Part shown: positions 47,101-55,723 of the stretch, piece by piece | Layout: the number at the start of each line of letters is the position of its first letter | Numbering within the stretch: the first letter of the stretch is position 1 | IMG/VR virus record: IMGVR_UViG_3300034178_000025 | Reading direction: 5' to 3' (one strand) | From: an uncultured virus (IMG/VR IMGVR_UViG_3300034178_000025) | Taxonomy: Duplodnaviria; Heunggongvirae; Uroviricota; Caudoviricetes | DNA: 64,000 bases | Made by a program: the position numbers and the translations under genes | Notes under the pieces: generated by a model | What the model was told of the DNA's origin: nothing | What the model saw: the letters and a program-made list of their open reading frames with translations, nothing else | Database searches by the model: none

Positions 47101-49106
47101 CCCTTGATGCCAGCCGGCAAAGCGTTGAACGCAGCGACCGTACCGCGAACAACTGCATGCCAAAGCTTCTTCAGGTCATCCCAGAATGCAACAAGTAGAA
47201 CGATCACTGTTGCGATCGCTATACCCCACGGTCCGGTGGCTGCAGCAACTGCCGCGCCACTGAAGGAACGGATGACAACCAGGAACCTAGTGAACAGTCC
47301 AGCGATTCCAGTAAACCCTGCGGCAACGATGGTTCCGATCCGAATCATGACTGTTCGCCACGACACAGCCATCACTGCGGACCAGGCGTTCTGCATCAGA
47401 GCTATGGCTACGAGACCAGTTCGCCACACAACACCTACAGCGTACGTGGCGGCAAGGATCGCAGTCTGAACATACATCAGACCACGGCGCCACAGTACGC
47501 CAATCGTGGCGAGTCCACCGCCAGTGATCGTCGCCAGCAATCCCATTCCTGACGCCCAGATTCTGCCGGCAATAGATGCACCAGTAAGCAAGGCTACCTG
47601 GAGTCCGCCCATGGCGCGAGTGACGCCACCCGTGAGGGCGTACATCGCTACAACTCCACCGCGAGCCATGAATCCCATGCTGTTCAAGAACAGCATTACC
47701 GGCATCCTAATAAGACCGCCAAGTGCAGTAGCTACCCGCACGATAGGTCCAACAAAGAATCCGAATAGGTTTGAAACCTCCGCCACGAGCAGGGCCGTGG
47801 CGCCAAAGATTCTGACGAGCGGTCCGAGGATCGCCATGAAAGCTAGAAGTCCAAGGATACCTAGCTGGATTGGCTGCGGAAGACTGCTGAACGAAGTGAT
47901 CAGGTTCTGTAGACTCTGTGCCAGGTACAGGATCAGCGGGATCATCGGAGTGATGATGTCCGCTGCTGCGTTCTGCAGCATAGTCCAGATGATCTGGAGT
48001 CGACGAGGGTTGCTCGTAAGAACAGCCGTCAACTCCTTGTTCATCTGATTGAAGACGTCAGTGTCGTGGGCGGTAGCCTGTAGAGCTTTCTGGTAATAGC
48101 CGTTGGTGTTAATGAGATCCCGCATGAGGACCTCGAACTTGTTAACCTGCCAACGACTAGCTGCGACAGAGCTGACAACACCCTTCTGGGCGTCGGACAG
48201 TCCCTCAAACTTCTTCGCCATCGTGATGAGGCGATCGGTCATCGTCGCGGACTTCCAAGACACGTCTTTGATGCTGATGCCCATCAGGCCAAGGACCTGA
48301 GTAGTCTCCTTGGTGGGCGAGATGAGTCGAGAGAAGATCGTCTTGAGTGCATTACCAGCCTGGCCGGCAGATCCAGTTGCAGGAGTAAGCGCAGCAAGCA
48401 TAGCTGCAAGGTGTCGAACATCGACGCCAGTACTTCGGGCGATACCTGCCGATCGCTCAAAACCCTGAACTAGACCGGCCAGCGAAATGCCAGTCTGGTT
48501 CTCCACCATGTTCAAGACCGCGATAGTCTTGGTAAGGTCTGCAACACCAAAGCCATACTGTGCCTGAATCGAAATCAGGGCCCGCGTAGCTTCGGTTGCA
48601 TCCATCTCGCCAAGGATCATGGTCTGCATGGTGAGATCAACAGACTTGGCTAGCGCAATTCCAGACGCACCAGCAGCTGCCCAGCCAGCTGCCACGTTCA
48701 GGACTTCAGCTTGGTTTACGCCGTAGGCGTTGGACAGCGCCTCAAAGTTATTCTTGAGTGAGCTGACTTCCTTGGCGTAGAAAGTCGCATCGTGCGTTGC
48801 GTCGCCATACACCTTGGTGATCCGCGTGAAGGCTGCCTCATTATTGAGAGCTAGCTTCATTGCCGCAGCACCGGCGACTAGAATCGGTAGAGTGAAGTTG
48901 TACTCTAGCTGACGACCCGCCCACTGAATGCGACTACCAAAGGCAGCAAGACCCATGCCATTCAGTACGCCGCCGAATCCAGCGCCAGCACGTGCTGATC
49001 TATTGAATGCACCTTGGAGGCCATTAAGTCGAGTGTTCATCGCGGCGAGCTGGGCCTGAGCCTGAGCTGCAAGCACGCGGACTTGAACATTGACAAAGGC
49101 ATTGAT
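44190..49106 (-). CDS. tape measure protein (start uncertain: ATC 49106, ATG 49205 or ATG 49040)
   Basis: Over 1600 aa, helical; AGNALKTIFSRL, TM-like stretch, coiled coils, amphipathic W/F repeats. Confidence 0.93.
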   Translation of the reverse strand: MNAFVNVQVRVLAAQAQAQLAAMNTRLNGLQGAFNRSARAGAGFGGVLNGMGLAAFGSRIQWAGRQLEYNFTLPILVAGAAAMKLALNNEAAFTRITKVYGDATHDATFYAKEVSSLKNNFEALSNAYGVNQAEVLNVAAGWAAAGASGIALAKSVDLTMQTMILGEMDATEATRALISIQAQYGFGVADLTKTIAVLNMVENQTGISLAGLVQGFERSAGIARSTGVDVRHLAAMLAALTPATGSAGQAGNALKTIFSRLISPTKETTQVLGLMGISIKDVSWKSATMTDRLITMAKKFEGLSDAQKGVVSSVAASRWQVNKFEVLMRDLINTNGYYQKALQATAHDTDVFNQMNKELTAVLTSNPRRLQIIWTMLQNAAADIITPMIPLILYLAQSLQNLITSFSSLPQPIQLGILGLLAFMAILGPLVRIFGATALLVAEVSNLFGFFVGPIVRVATALGGLIRMPVMLFLNSMGFMARGGVVAMYALTGGVTRAMGGLQVALLTGASIAGRIWASGMGLLATITGGGLATIGVLWRRGLMYVQTAILAATYAVGVVWRTGLVAIALMQNAWSAVMAVSWRTVMIRIGTIVAAGFTGIAGLFTRFLVVIRSFSGAAVAAATGPWGIAIATVIVLLVAFWDDLKKLWHAVVRGTVAAFNALPAGIKGALTAVVNIVYQAVMAVYRLFSYLNPWAHHSPSLVENVTTGMAAVEKAFNRAKNFGNVFKSAYNDMQRFGKVLASLQAKANASDYADMRKQIKAIDPGALASYDRLVRILPTLKNNLLSMKPALDAQVAVVSTWKDKLDAANDALDAQQKILDGLSKVTDNYQNQLQAAQAKLDGFANAPIKGMKAMSDAIFENEMQQKQLRLEMMQMEDAVGPLGDIQSRIQAINGQIEMLRGKQTELRNAGAGSEILGQYDQQIKALEDQQQAIQAQVAPLQNLNNQIDELGRKADELDLQNSLQFDPLKRQIDDVANSMQELPFDQIIAGITANKAEVDRLTTAYDQAKAAADKQQGIVDQYTAQRDAVQARYDAESKGLQKLQDQYDKYESRIRDIEQALKDAGSAADTLGRKKSGGSLTPGAENFKAGAGGNFGDPGGFAQIGREGGLADQSKMIDDFTKEMADKTKNMFGIFNFLDPIKKGWNTAWGWVKTNIGPAFSAFGTTVGNALGKMDLFKGAGTWLSTLKEIGSVVETVGKYIWKYIGPEVVSLGKEAWASLQKAFKDIQPELAKFRDLVGPIGELIGKTFNFTKPILLVVIALIAAIVKGLLRAFTGVIGPVIEGIGALIAGLVKVIRGLVEFITGVFSGDWGMAWKGIKDIFGGIWDAIWGILSNSVKAIWGLISGFVSGFIGFFTQLYDELVGHSIIPDLVNAIIAWIASLPGKVWNALTSLAGKFTDRAKSAMTAFKDAAVAGWRVVTDWLINRPAEAVGKIAAIVSAFGSKAKDAMQSLKDGFTSKWESAKDWLGGMAGRIKSAIGSVTSLLTGIGKSIMNSLLDGLKAAWESTKTFLSGLGQKIKDLKGPIEKDKVLLVPEGGAIMDGLGTGLRRNWGGVEGWLAGVSNQITDTMAASKRLDSMLATQTNGSIMNQNRAAGYNTNSSAGGSTYNFYGDLEFPNISDGGDAEEFLLNLEAMVRG

Positions 49107-49108
49107 AG

Positions 49109-49570
49109 CTACTGCCCTCCATGCTTTATTAGGTACATAACTGCAGATAGGAGGATTTCTGGATCTTCCTTTGCCTTGCCAATGATTGTGTTGCAAAGCA
49201 TGCAAAGTAGACCACGAACTTTTTTCGTATTGTGATCATGATCTACCTGCAAAGTCGATAGGGCAAGTGGGCCGGATGTAAAAGTCTTACAGATAGCACA
49301 TTTGCCATCTTGTTCTTTAAGCATCCGATCAAAGTCGTCTGGCGTCAATCCATACTTTCGGATACGCTGATATGCAGCCTGTGCGGCTACATATTCTGGA
49401 TCGTTTTCTCTCTTGCTGCGCTGCCAGATTAGGTTAGCGGCAAGGCAACATTTCTTGCATTTTGTCTTGAGGCTCGGATAGAATTCACAGCCCCACTTCA
49501 TGCAGTCACAATGCTTACAGAGTTTTACTTCGCAGCCAGACTGAACATGGTCGTGCTCAACTTCAGACAC
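49109..49570 (-). CDS. endonuclease VII-like HNH endonuclease (free-standing homing-type)
   Basis: KYGLT...QDGKCAIC...VDHDH...VRGLLC..CN; visibly AT-richer than flanks. Confidence 0.9.
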   Translation of the reverse strand: MSEVEHDHVQSGCEVKLCKHCDCMKWGCEFYPSLKTKCKKCCLAANLIWQRSKRENDPEYVAAQAAYQRIRKYGLTPDDFDRMLKEQDGKCAICKTFTSGPLALSTLQVDHDHNTKKVRGLLCMLCNTIIGKAKEDPEILLSAVMYLIKHGGQ

Positions 49571-49628
49571 GCATTGCCCCTTAGTTAGAGCCTAATGGGC
49601 CTCCAGTGCCCGACGTTGACAACGTACA

Positions 49629-49664
49629 GGAACGGCCCTGGGACGTCAACCCCAGGGCCGTTCC
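49629..49664 (-). terminator. stem-loop after the tail chaperone
   Basis: GGAACGGCCCTGGG / CCCAGGGCCGTTCC. Confidence 0.7.
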
Positions 49665-49668
49665 GTTA

Positions 49669-49950
49669 TTACCGTTTACCTCGACGAGATGATGCTCTCT
49701 TGTTCTTGGTGTCTTGATTCTTTCGGTTCCGCTCTTCCTCTTCGTTTCGACGAAATTCTTCTTCGTCTAGCTTTCGGAAGATGTATTCGAACTTGTCAAG
49801 CAGATCCGGGTCTTGGTCGTACAGTCCACCATCAACCGGTAGATGACTCCACTTCATATTCCTACAAAGTGAAAATAATCTTATTGCCGGATGCGGCCCG
49901 ATGGTTGACTCGCCCTTTACCCACCGATCTACCTGGAGACGAAATTTCCC
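49669..49950 (-). CDS. tail assembly chaperone, -1 frameshift extension (GT-like)
   Basis: G-GGA-AAT at 49950-49944; the -1 frame is open into LPVDGGLYDQ and stops at 49669. Confidence 0.85.
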   Translation of the reverse strand, partial: GKFRLQVDRWVKGESTIGPHPAIRLFSLCRNMKWSHLPVDGGLYDQDPDLLDKFEYIFRKLDEEEFRRNEEEERNRKNQDTKNKRASSRRGKR

Positions 49951-50504
49951 TCTTCGGCTTCACGCTTCTCTGCCACGGCGCGGAGTTCCTGGAGGTCGGC
50001 GATCTCCTTGTCGATCTGCTCGACGGACATCTCGTTGAGCAGCCATGGGTTCGCCTTGCGGATGGCCTTCTCGAGCTGCGCCAGCACGGCCGGGTTTGCC
50101 CGATCGATCCACTGAGCCAGCGATCCACCAGGCGTCTTGCCGGGATTGAAGGGGATCAGCTGCGGCTGGCCGTTGGTGAACATCACCATGTGCCAGTTGC
50201 AGATGGAGTGCAACAGCAACTCCTTGCGATCTGCCGACTGGTCGAACGGGATACGTGCCTCGCCGGACTTCTGGTTGAGGTGCACGTCCGACCGGGTCGC
50301 CTTGAGGTACTTCGCCCGATCGCCCTCGGTGAGTTTCTTGAACTCGATCCACTGGCGGCCGTCCGGGAAGGTCCACTTCTCGACCTCGTCGAACGAGTAG
50401 TAGTTCTCGTATCCGTTGAACGGATCGATGTTCTCGTGAGGGACGGCGACATCACTCGGCGTGACGTAGCTGTCTCCGCCGCCTGCGGTGGGATAAGGTT
50501 GCAT
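49929..50504 (-). CDS. tail assembly chaperone (G-like)
   Basis: Between tail tube and tape measure; ends EEGNFVSR over the slippery site. Confidence 0.85.
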   Translation of the reverse strand: MQPYPTAGGGDSYVTPSDVAVPHENIDPFNGYENYYSFDEVEKWTFPDGRQWIEFKKLTEGDRAKYLKATRSDVHLNQKSGEARIPFDQSADRKELLLHSICNWHMVMFTNGQPQLIPFNPGKTPGGSLAQWIDRANPAVLAQLEKAIRKANPWLLNEMSVEQIDKEIADLQELRAVAEKREAEEGNFVSR

Positions 50505-50552
50505 CGTCAGTAGGGCCTCTCTGTGTCCATTGCGACGTTTTACTTACATGGT

Positions 50553-50589
50553 GTGGGGCCAGGCTCCGGACGCTAGAGCCTGGCCCCAC
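50553..50589 (-). terminator. stem-loop after the major tail gene
   Basis: GTGGGGCCAGGCTC / GAGCCTGGCCCCAC. Confidence 0.7.
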
Positions 50590-50604
50590 GATTACCGAGT
50601 GAAG

Positions 50605-51948
50605 CTACGCGACCGTTGCGAGGTCGGTTGCAACCTCTGCGTACATGATCTTCCGCTGCGGATTCGGCCGCAGCGCCTGGTACTCGAGATCCGACTCGAT
50701 GATGTCGTCGCCGGACGCCTCGAGGGTGAACGGCTTGAGTGCCACCTGCGGGAACGTCAGCTCGAGCGTGTACTTGAGCGTGCCGCCTGCGCCGGGAATC
50801 GCCTCGTAGGTCTGCATGTTGATGACGACCGGCTGCTTTGTCGACAGTCCGCCAGGCTGGGTTGCCGCAGCAGAACCGTAGGTCGCCTGCCGCCAGATCG
50901 AACTGTCCTGCTCGCGAATCGTCAGGCCGAGTGTGACCTCGCGACGCTTCGGAGTCAGGTCGCCGAGGTAGAAGCTACCGAGACGGAAGTCGTCATCCTC
51001 GTAATTGTTGTTGATGTCGACGCTGAACGACTTGCCTGGAATCGTGATGCCGTTGTACGAGAACGTGATGTTCGTTCCGACCACCATCGGCAGGTTGTCA
51101 AACGCCGAGGCGATGCCCGGCATGCCAGTGATTCCAGCCTCCTGCTTGCGAGCGATGATGCCAGCGGTACCCATCAGGTAACCGTCGGCGTCAGCCTCCA
51201 AGTGGAAGGTGTTGATCACTGCGTCGGTGTAGTTGTACGTCTCGAGCGAAGCGCCGATCCGCTCCTGGATCGCGATGAACGGAAGCTGTGCACCGTCGCT
51301 CGGAACGAACGTGTGAGTACTTGCACCCGTGTAGGCAGCACCGGCCGTGGTCGTAGTCGGCGTCAGCAGGGGCGACGTACCACCAGTGAACGACGGAGTC
51401 ACCGTCGGGTTGGTGATCACGCCTGCAAGCGTGCCGTACCACGTGATGGTCACCGGCGCCGTCAACAGCGGGCCGCCGTTGCAGTCGACTTCACCTTCGG
51501 CGATGTTGCTCAGTGCCTCCAGTGCCGACTGGATCTGCGCTGCCGTGGCGTTGTACGGAATCGCTGCAGTTGTCTGTGCGCTGTACGTCAGCGTGAAGCT
51601 ACCACCGGTGGGCGCACCCGTCAGAGTAAGCGTCGTGACGTGGTTGGTGCCGCCAGGAGTCTTGACGTACTTGATGCCAAGCGCGCCGTACAGAAGCGTG
51701 AGCATCGCGTTGAAGCGACCATAGAACTCCAGGTCACCCGCCCATGAAACAGCGCCGAGATATGCGTCGTTGACATCCCGACCGCCGCCGATCTCCGGAT
51801 CGGGGATCATCAGCTCTCGGTTGGTACCGATGCCTCCCGATCGAAGCTTCATGCCGATCGCAGTCGAGTTGAAGCTGCCCGGGAAGGTGTCAGGTGTGGG
51901 CTGGGTCATGAAAGCGACATAGCCCGCTTGCGAACTCTGACCTGCCAT
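50605..51948 (-). CDS. major tail tube protein with inserted surface domain
   Basis: 447 aa, strong codon bias, position; FSVDINNN..D...LGS; insert GGSFTLTY..QTT.AIPYNATAAQIQSALEAL. Confidence 0.85.
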   Translation of the reverse strand: MAGQSSQAGYVAFMTQPTPDTFPGSFNSTAIGMKLRSGGIGTNRELMIPDPEIGGGRDVNDAYLGAVSWAGDLEFYGRFNAMLTLLYGALGIKYVKTPGGTNHVTTLTLTGAPTGGSFTLTYSAQTTAAIPYNATAAQIQSALEALSNIAEGEVDCNGGPLLTAPVTITWYGTLAGVITNPTVTPSFTGGTSPLLTPTTTTAGAAYTGASTHTFVPSDGAQLPFIAIQERIGASLETYNYTDAVINTFHLEADADGYLMGTAGIIARKQEAGITGMPGIASAFDNLPMVVGTNITFSYNGITIPGKSFSVDINNNYEDDDFRLGSFYLGDLTPKRREVTLGLTIREQDSSIWRQATYGSAAATQPGGLSTKQPVVINMQTYEAIPGAGGTLKYTLELTFPQVALKPFTLEASGDDIIESDLEYQALRPNPQRKIMYAEVATDLATVA

Positions 51949-52325
51949 TACTTGCTACCCCCCGTCTTCTTCGTAGTCGTGTTCGACTGGGCGGACTCGG
52001 CCGGTTCAGCTGGATCGGTCATCGGAAGATCCTCGGCGGGTTCGACCTTCACCTGCGACTCCGCCGTGGTCACCTGAGCTTCGATGGCCGCCTGCATGAT
52101 GTCGAGTGCGCCGGCCGTACTGTTGACGGCGATGTCACGCTGCCGAAGGGCTTCGTCACGGTCTCGCTTGAGACGAAGAACTTCAGAAACGAGCTTCGCG
52201 TCTTCCAGCTCCTGGGCCTTGTCCACGAGTGCGAGGTCGCGTTCGGCAGTAAGAGACGACACGTCGGCGCGCAACTCCCCTGCCTGGGCTAGCAGCAGTT
52301 GTCGCTGCTCTTGACTCAATGTCAT
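51948..52325 (-). CDS. hypothetical coiled-coil protein
   Basis: ATG 52325 with GGAG RBS overlapping the upstream stop. Confidence 0.6.
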   Translation of the reverse strand: MTLSQEQRQLLLAQAGELRADVSSLTAERDLALVDKAQELEDAKLVSEVLRLKRDRDEALRQRDIAVNSTAGALDIMQAAIEAQVTTAESQVKVEPAEDLPMTDPAEPAESAQSNTTTKKTGGSK

Positions 52326-52834
52326 GATGTCTCCACAGTCTCCGTCTCGAACCAGCATTCGATCCATGAAGTCTGGATGTAGGTCCCTTTGATCTCGTTG
52401 CTAAGGTAACGCTGAAGTTCGATACCTCGGCGACCCATGCGTTCGCGGGTATTATCTACGTCCACGGCCAGCGCAGTCAACCCCATGTGCAGTGGCAAAT
52501 CACGGTAGAACATCCGCCACAGTCGGTTACTCAGGATTGAATGTACCGAGATACACGCAGCTTCGTCGGTGTCCTGAACAATCGTCTGAAGGATAACGCT
52601 GTATCGTTTGAGGGTTGGCTCAAGAGACAAGTGCTCGATCGACGTGTTGTCAGGACGCTTCATTGCCGGAAAGATTCCAACTGCTTGAGTAGGATCACTT
52701 GTCCGTAGTTCTCGGCGATACACCTTCAGTTGCTCTTCGCCAACGTCCAGATCCGAATCACAGTACGTTGGAATTCTTGCAGCCAGTAGTGCGATTACGT
52801 TGTTAGGAAACTCCGTATCACCTGCGACAATCAT
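52322..52834 (-). CDS. putative tail terminator
   Basis: 170 aa, position upstream of the tail tube. Confidence 0.6.
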   Translation of the reverse strand: MIVAGDTEFPNNVIALLAARIPTYCDSDLDVGEEQLKVYRRELRTSDPTQAVGIFPAMKRPDNTSIEHLSLEPTLKRYSVILQTIVQDTDEAACISVHSILSNRLWRMFYRDLPLHMGLTALAVDVDNTRERMGRRGIELQRYLSNEIKGTYIQTSWIECWFETETVETS

Positions 52835-53331
52835 ATCATACCCTCCGTAATGTATACAACCAGTTCGGAAGTTATGAACAGAACGTCGTTTTCATTCACG
52901 CCGATCACTGGTCTTGCAGGAGTTGAAGGTGACGCCCTGCCGCCCTGGGCGGTAGCTATCTTCTGACTCAATGCCGCACTGGCGGTCAACGGTGGATGCA
53001 TGAGTTCTGCACCGATCCCCGTCATAACCACGTCCGATTGAGTATTGACCAGAAAGTCTTGCATCTCTCCAGTTCGTACATTTATCGGATGGTCGGGAGG
53101 GTATCCGTAGGCTGCACGGATTTGTTGAGTCGCCTGCTCTAGCGGATGCCAAGCCCCAGAGACGTCGTCACCCTCTGAGGTGAATCTCCCTTGAATCCGG
53201 TTTCGAATGAAAGGATCAACGATGCCCTGCAGGAAGGTAGCTAGACCAGCAGGACTTAGCCTGGTCTGCAACTGGAGAATTACTGCAGCAGCTTCGGTTG
53301 TATCCGCATCGATCTCTACATAGAAGCTCAC
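52831..53331 (-). CDS. virion morphogenesis / tail completion protein (Mu gpG-like)
   Basis: RFTSEG...W.PL, INVRTG, PARPVIG. Confidence 0.75.
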   Translation of the reverse strand: MSFYVEIDADTTEAAAVILQLQTRLSPAGLATFLQGIVDPFIRNRIQGRFTSEGDDVSGAWHPLEQATQQIRAAYGYPPDHPINVRTGEMQDFLVNTQSDVVMTGIGAELMHPPLTASAALSQKIATAQGGRASPSTPARPVIGVNENDVLFITSELVVYITEGMI

Positions 53332-53339
53332 GTCAGCTC

Positions 53340-53852
53340 CTAGTAGGTGTACGGACTACGTCCGCCAAAGTAAGCAGGAGGACGGCAGGCGAGCAGCGAA
53401 GACTGTGCGGGATTTCCGAACACAACACCGAACTGCTCAACCGCCGAGACATCATCCGCGAACGAAGCCTGCGGCCCAGTCGTTCGCTGATTGTCGCCAG
53501 GGTTCACCGGGTCCGCGCCCGGCAGAATGATGGTTCCGTCGACTATCTGATTGAGAGCCATCATGGCCTGCTCAACAAGATACTTGGCGTACTGATGCAG
53601 CTGATCATCCTCCCCGCCAGCGTCAAGCGCCATCAGGAGTCGACCACTTGCCAACCAAGCGTTGATACGCTTCAGTAGCAGCGCGCCAGCCCGCTGCGCC
53701 TGAATACCTACGTCGAGAACGATGGGGGTGACGTACTGCAGGCCGAGGATCGAGTCCATCTCGTCAGCCGTCGACTGAACGTAAGTCGCAGCGGAAGATG
53801 GAGTCGGAACATTGCCAAGCAGCAAATCACCGACCGCGCAGTACGTCGCCAT
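53340..53852 (-). CDS. head-tail adaptor (Mu gp36-like)
   Basis: YCAVGDL...ADEMDSILG.QYVTP...ALNQIVDG. Confidence 0.75.
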   Translation of the reverse strand: MATYCAVGDLLLGNVPTPSSAATYVQSTADEMDSILGLQYVTPIVLDVGIQAQRAGALLLKRINAWLASGRLLMALDAGGEDDQLHQYAKYLVEQAMMALNQIVDGTIILPGADPVNPGDNQRTTGPQASFADDVSAVEQFGVVFGNPAQSSLLACRPPAYFGGRSPYTY

Positions 53853-53861
53853 CCGATTTCC

Positions 53862-54191
53862 TTACTTGTCGATCGTGGGCGCGGGAGTCGAAGAACCAGT
53901 GGTCTTCGCCTTCCCCTTGTCCGCCTCGACCGGCTCCTGTCGCGGCGAAGTCCGAGCGTTCTCGGCCGTCATCTTCTCGACGTCGGTCGGAAGACCGGAG
54001 CGAACCAGGAGATCCACATCCTCCTGAGACAGGAACGGCTTCTCGGTGTCGCTCGCGTAGGTACGGTACTCCGCCGAGACGCCGATATACCCGTCGACGT
54101 TGTTTCCCGCAACTCGGAAGTCTCGTCCGACAGTGCGAACGACAAAGTCTCCGTCGGGGGTTTGGTCCTGAGTGTTTGCCTTGTCCGCCAT
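53862..54191 (-). CDS. hypothetical head-region protein
   Basis: GAGGGA RBS, 109 aa. Confidence 0.65.
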   Translation of the reverse strand: MADKANTQDQTPDGDFVVRTVGRDFRVAGNNVDGYIGVSAEYRTYASDTEKPFLSQEDVDLLVRSGLPTDVEKMTAENARTSPRQEPVEADKGKAKTTGSSTPAPTIDK

Positions 54192-54217
54192 CGGACGATT
54201 CCCTCTCTGAAACAGAA

Positions 54218-54245
54218 GGGGGGTCGGTAGTCTAACCGACCCCCC
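54218..54245 (-). terminator. intrinsic terminator after the capsid genes
   Basis: GGGGGGTCGGT / ACCGACCCCCC followed by TTCTGTTT on the minus strand. Confidence 0.75.
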
Positions 54246-54260
54246 TGCGTGTTCGACCTG

Positions 54261-54458
54261 TCAGCGCTCGGTGACGGCGACGACTCGCCAGCCCGTCCCC
54301 TTGCGACCGGTGCCGGTGAAGACGAGTCCGCCTCCGCCGCCGTTCTCTCCATGGAACGCGGTCGTCATGTACTTGCCGGTTCCAGTCCCGCGTGCGTACT
54401 GCGGAAGCTGGCCCGGAGTCTTGACGACCACCGTTCCATCGGCATTGCGCTTTGCCAT
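54261..54458 (-). CDS. small Gly-rich protein
   Basis: GGAGG RBS immediately after the capsid stop. Confidence 0.65.
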   Translation of the reverse strand: MAKRNADGTVVVKTPGQLPQYARGTGTGKYMTTAFHGENGGGGGLVFTGTGRKGTGWRVVAVTER

Positions 54459-54467
54459 TGCTGCCTC

Positions 54468-55709
54468 CTAGTACACGTCGTACGTGAAGGTGTACTCCAT
54501 GTGCGGGAAGACCGGGAACGTCTTGATCCCGGTACCCATGTCCAGGCCCCAGGGGTCCACCCCGAAGTCCTTCTCCCACTCGTAGAAGCCGGGAGTCCAC
54601 AGACCCGCCGGGTGCGGCGAGGTGAGGAACCGGCCGAGGCCGAGTCCAGTCTCGTCGAAATCGTTGATGTCCGACTCTTCGGGAAGGAAGATGACCCGGT
54701 TCTCCGGAACGAACCGGTTCAGCGTGAAGGTCGTCGCGCCGACTGCCCGCGTACGGTACACGCTGTCGTACTCCGTGAACGTCAAGCCGGTCTGCTGCTC
54801 GACGATCGCCTGCGCAGCGTTCGGACCCCAGCCGTCGACCAGGTACCGCGGGTCCCCCATCAGGGGGGTGGCACCGGGGTTCAGGACCAGGCCGGTTCGC
54901 TGTGCGAAGAACGCGCTGTTCAGGATGTTGCTGAGCGCCTGACGCGAGATCAGCGCCCGAGTGATCCGGATGCCGTAGACGTTCCAGGCGTACTGCTGAA
55001 TCTTGGTGATGTCACCGATCGGGTCCGAAGTGTTGTTCGGAGTCGTGTTCCAGGCGGAACCGAAGGCACCCATGCCCAGCGGGTTTGCGGCCGGAGCCAT
55101 CGCCTGCTGCGCCGAGGGCCGACCCCAGTCCACCGTGAACTTGATCTTGCCGTCGTTGTAGGCGTACACCCCAGTCGACAGCGAGGTCATGCCGAGATCT
55201 TCGATCCGGTTGTCGAGCTTCCGACGCCGACGCATGGTGTCACGCGCCATCTTGACGTTGAACTCGGAGGTCATCGAGTTGACCGTCAGGGCCAGCTCGT
55301 TCGAATCCCGCATGACCTCCTGGATGCTCAGCCAGTCGCGGTACCGCGAGACATCCGAGGCCACGTAGTGGTCCTTGACTGCCCAGTCGATGACCGACGC
55401 CCGAGCCTCGCCGCCGAAGATGTCATCCTTCTGCGCGAGCTCCGACTCTGCATCCTCGGCGCGCGCCGGGGCCAGGCCGTCGGTGATGCCACGAGCATAC
55501 TGGAAGATGACGTCGTCAGTCGCAACTTCCATGAATGGGAAGAGTTGCAGCGCGATGTGCATTTCCGGGGGGACGATCTCGCGAACGACACCCAGCGCCG
55601 TCTCCTGCCGAACCAGGCGGTCACGCCCGATCGGGGAAGCGAACTGCGAGCCGGAAGGCCCACCTGCGAGCCCGGCGGCAGCCGAGCCAGCCAGTCCGTT
55701 GATGTTCAT
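54468..55709 (-). CDS. major capsid protein (lambda gpE-like family)
   Basis: 413 aa, strong codon bias; LDNRIE, VDWG, SDPIGDI; follows protease and decoration genes. Confidence 0.9.
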   Translation of the reverse strand: MNINGLAGSAAAGLAGGPSGSQFASPIGRDRLVRQETALGVVREIVPPEMHIALQLFPFMEVATDDVIFQYARGITDGLAPARAEDAESELAQKDDIFGGEARASVIDWAVKDHYVASDVSRYRDWLSIQEVMRDSNELALTVNSMTSEFNVKMARDTMRRRRKLDNRIEDLGMTSLSTGVYAYNDGKIKFTVDWGRPSAQQAMAPAANPLGMGAFGSAWNTTPNNTSDPIGDITKIQQYAWNVYGIRITRALISRQALSNILNSAFFAQRTGLVLNPGATPLMGDPRYLVDGWGPNAAQAIVEQQTGLTFTEYDSVYRTRAVGATTFTLNRFVPENRVIFLPEESDINDFDETGLGLGRFLTSPHPAGLWTPGFYEWEKDFGVDPWGLDMGTGIKTFPVFPHMEYTFTYDVY

Positions 55710-55723
55710 GCTTGCCTTCCTGC

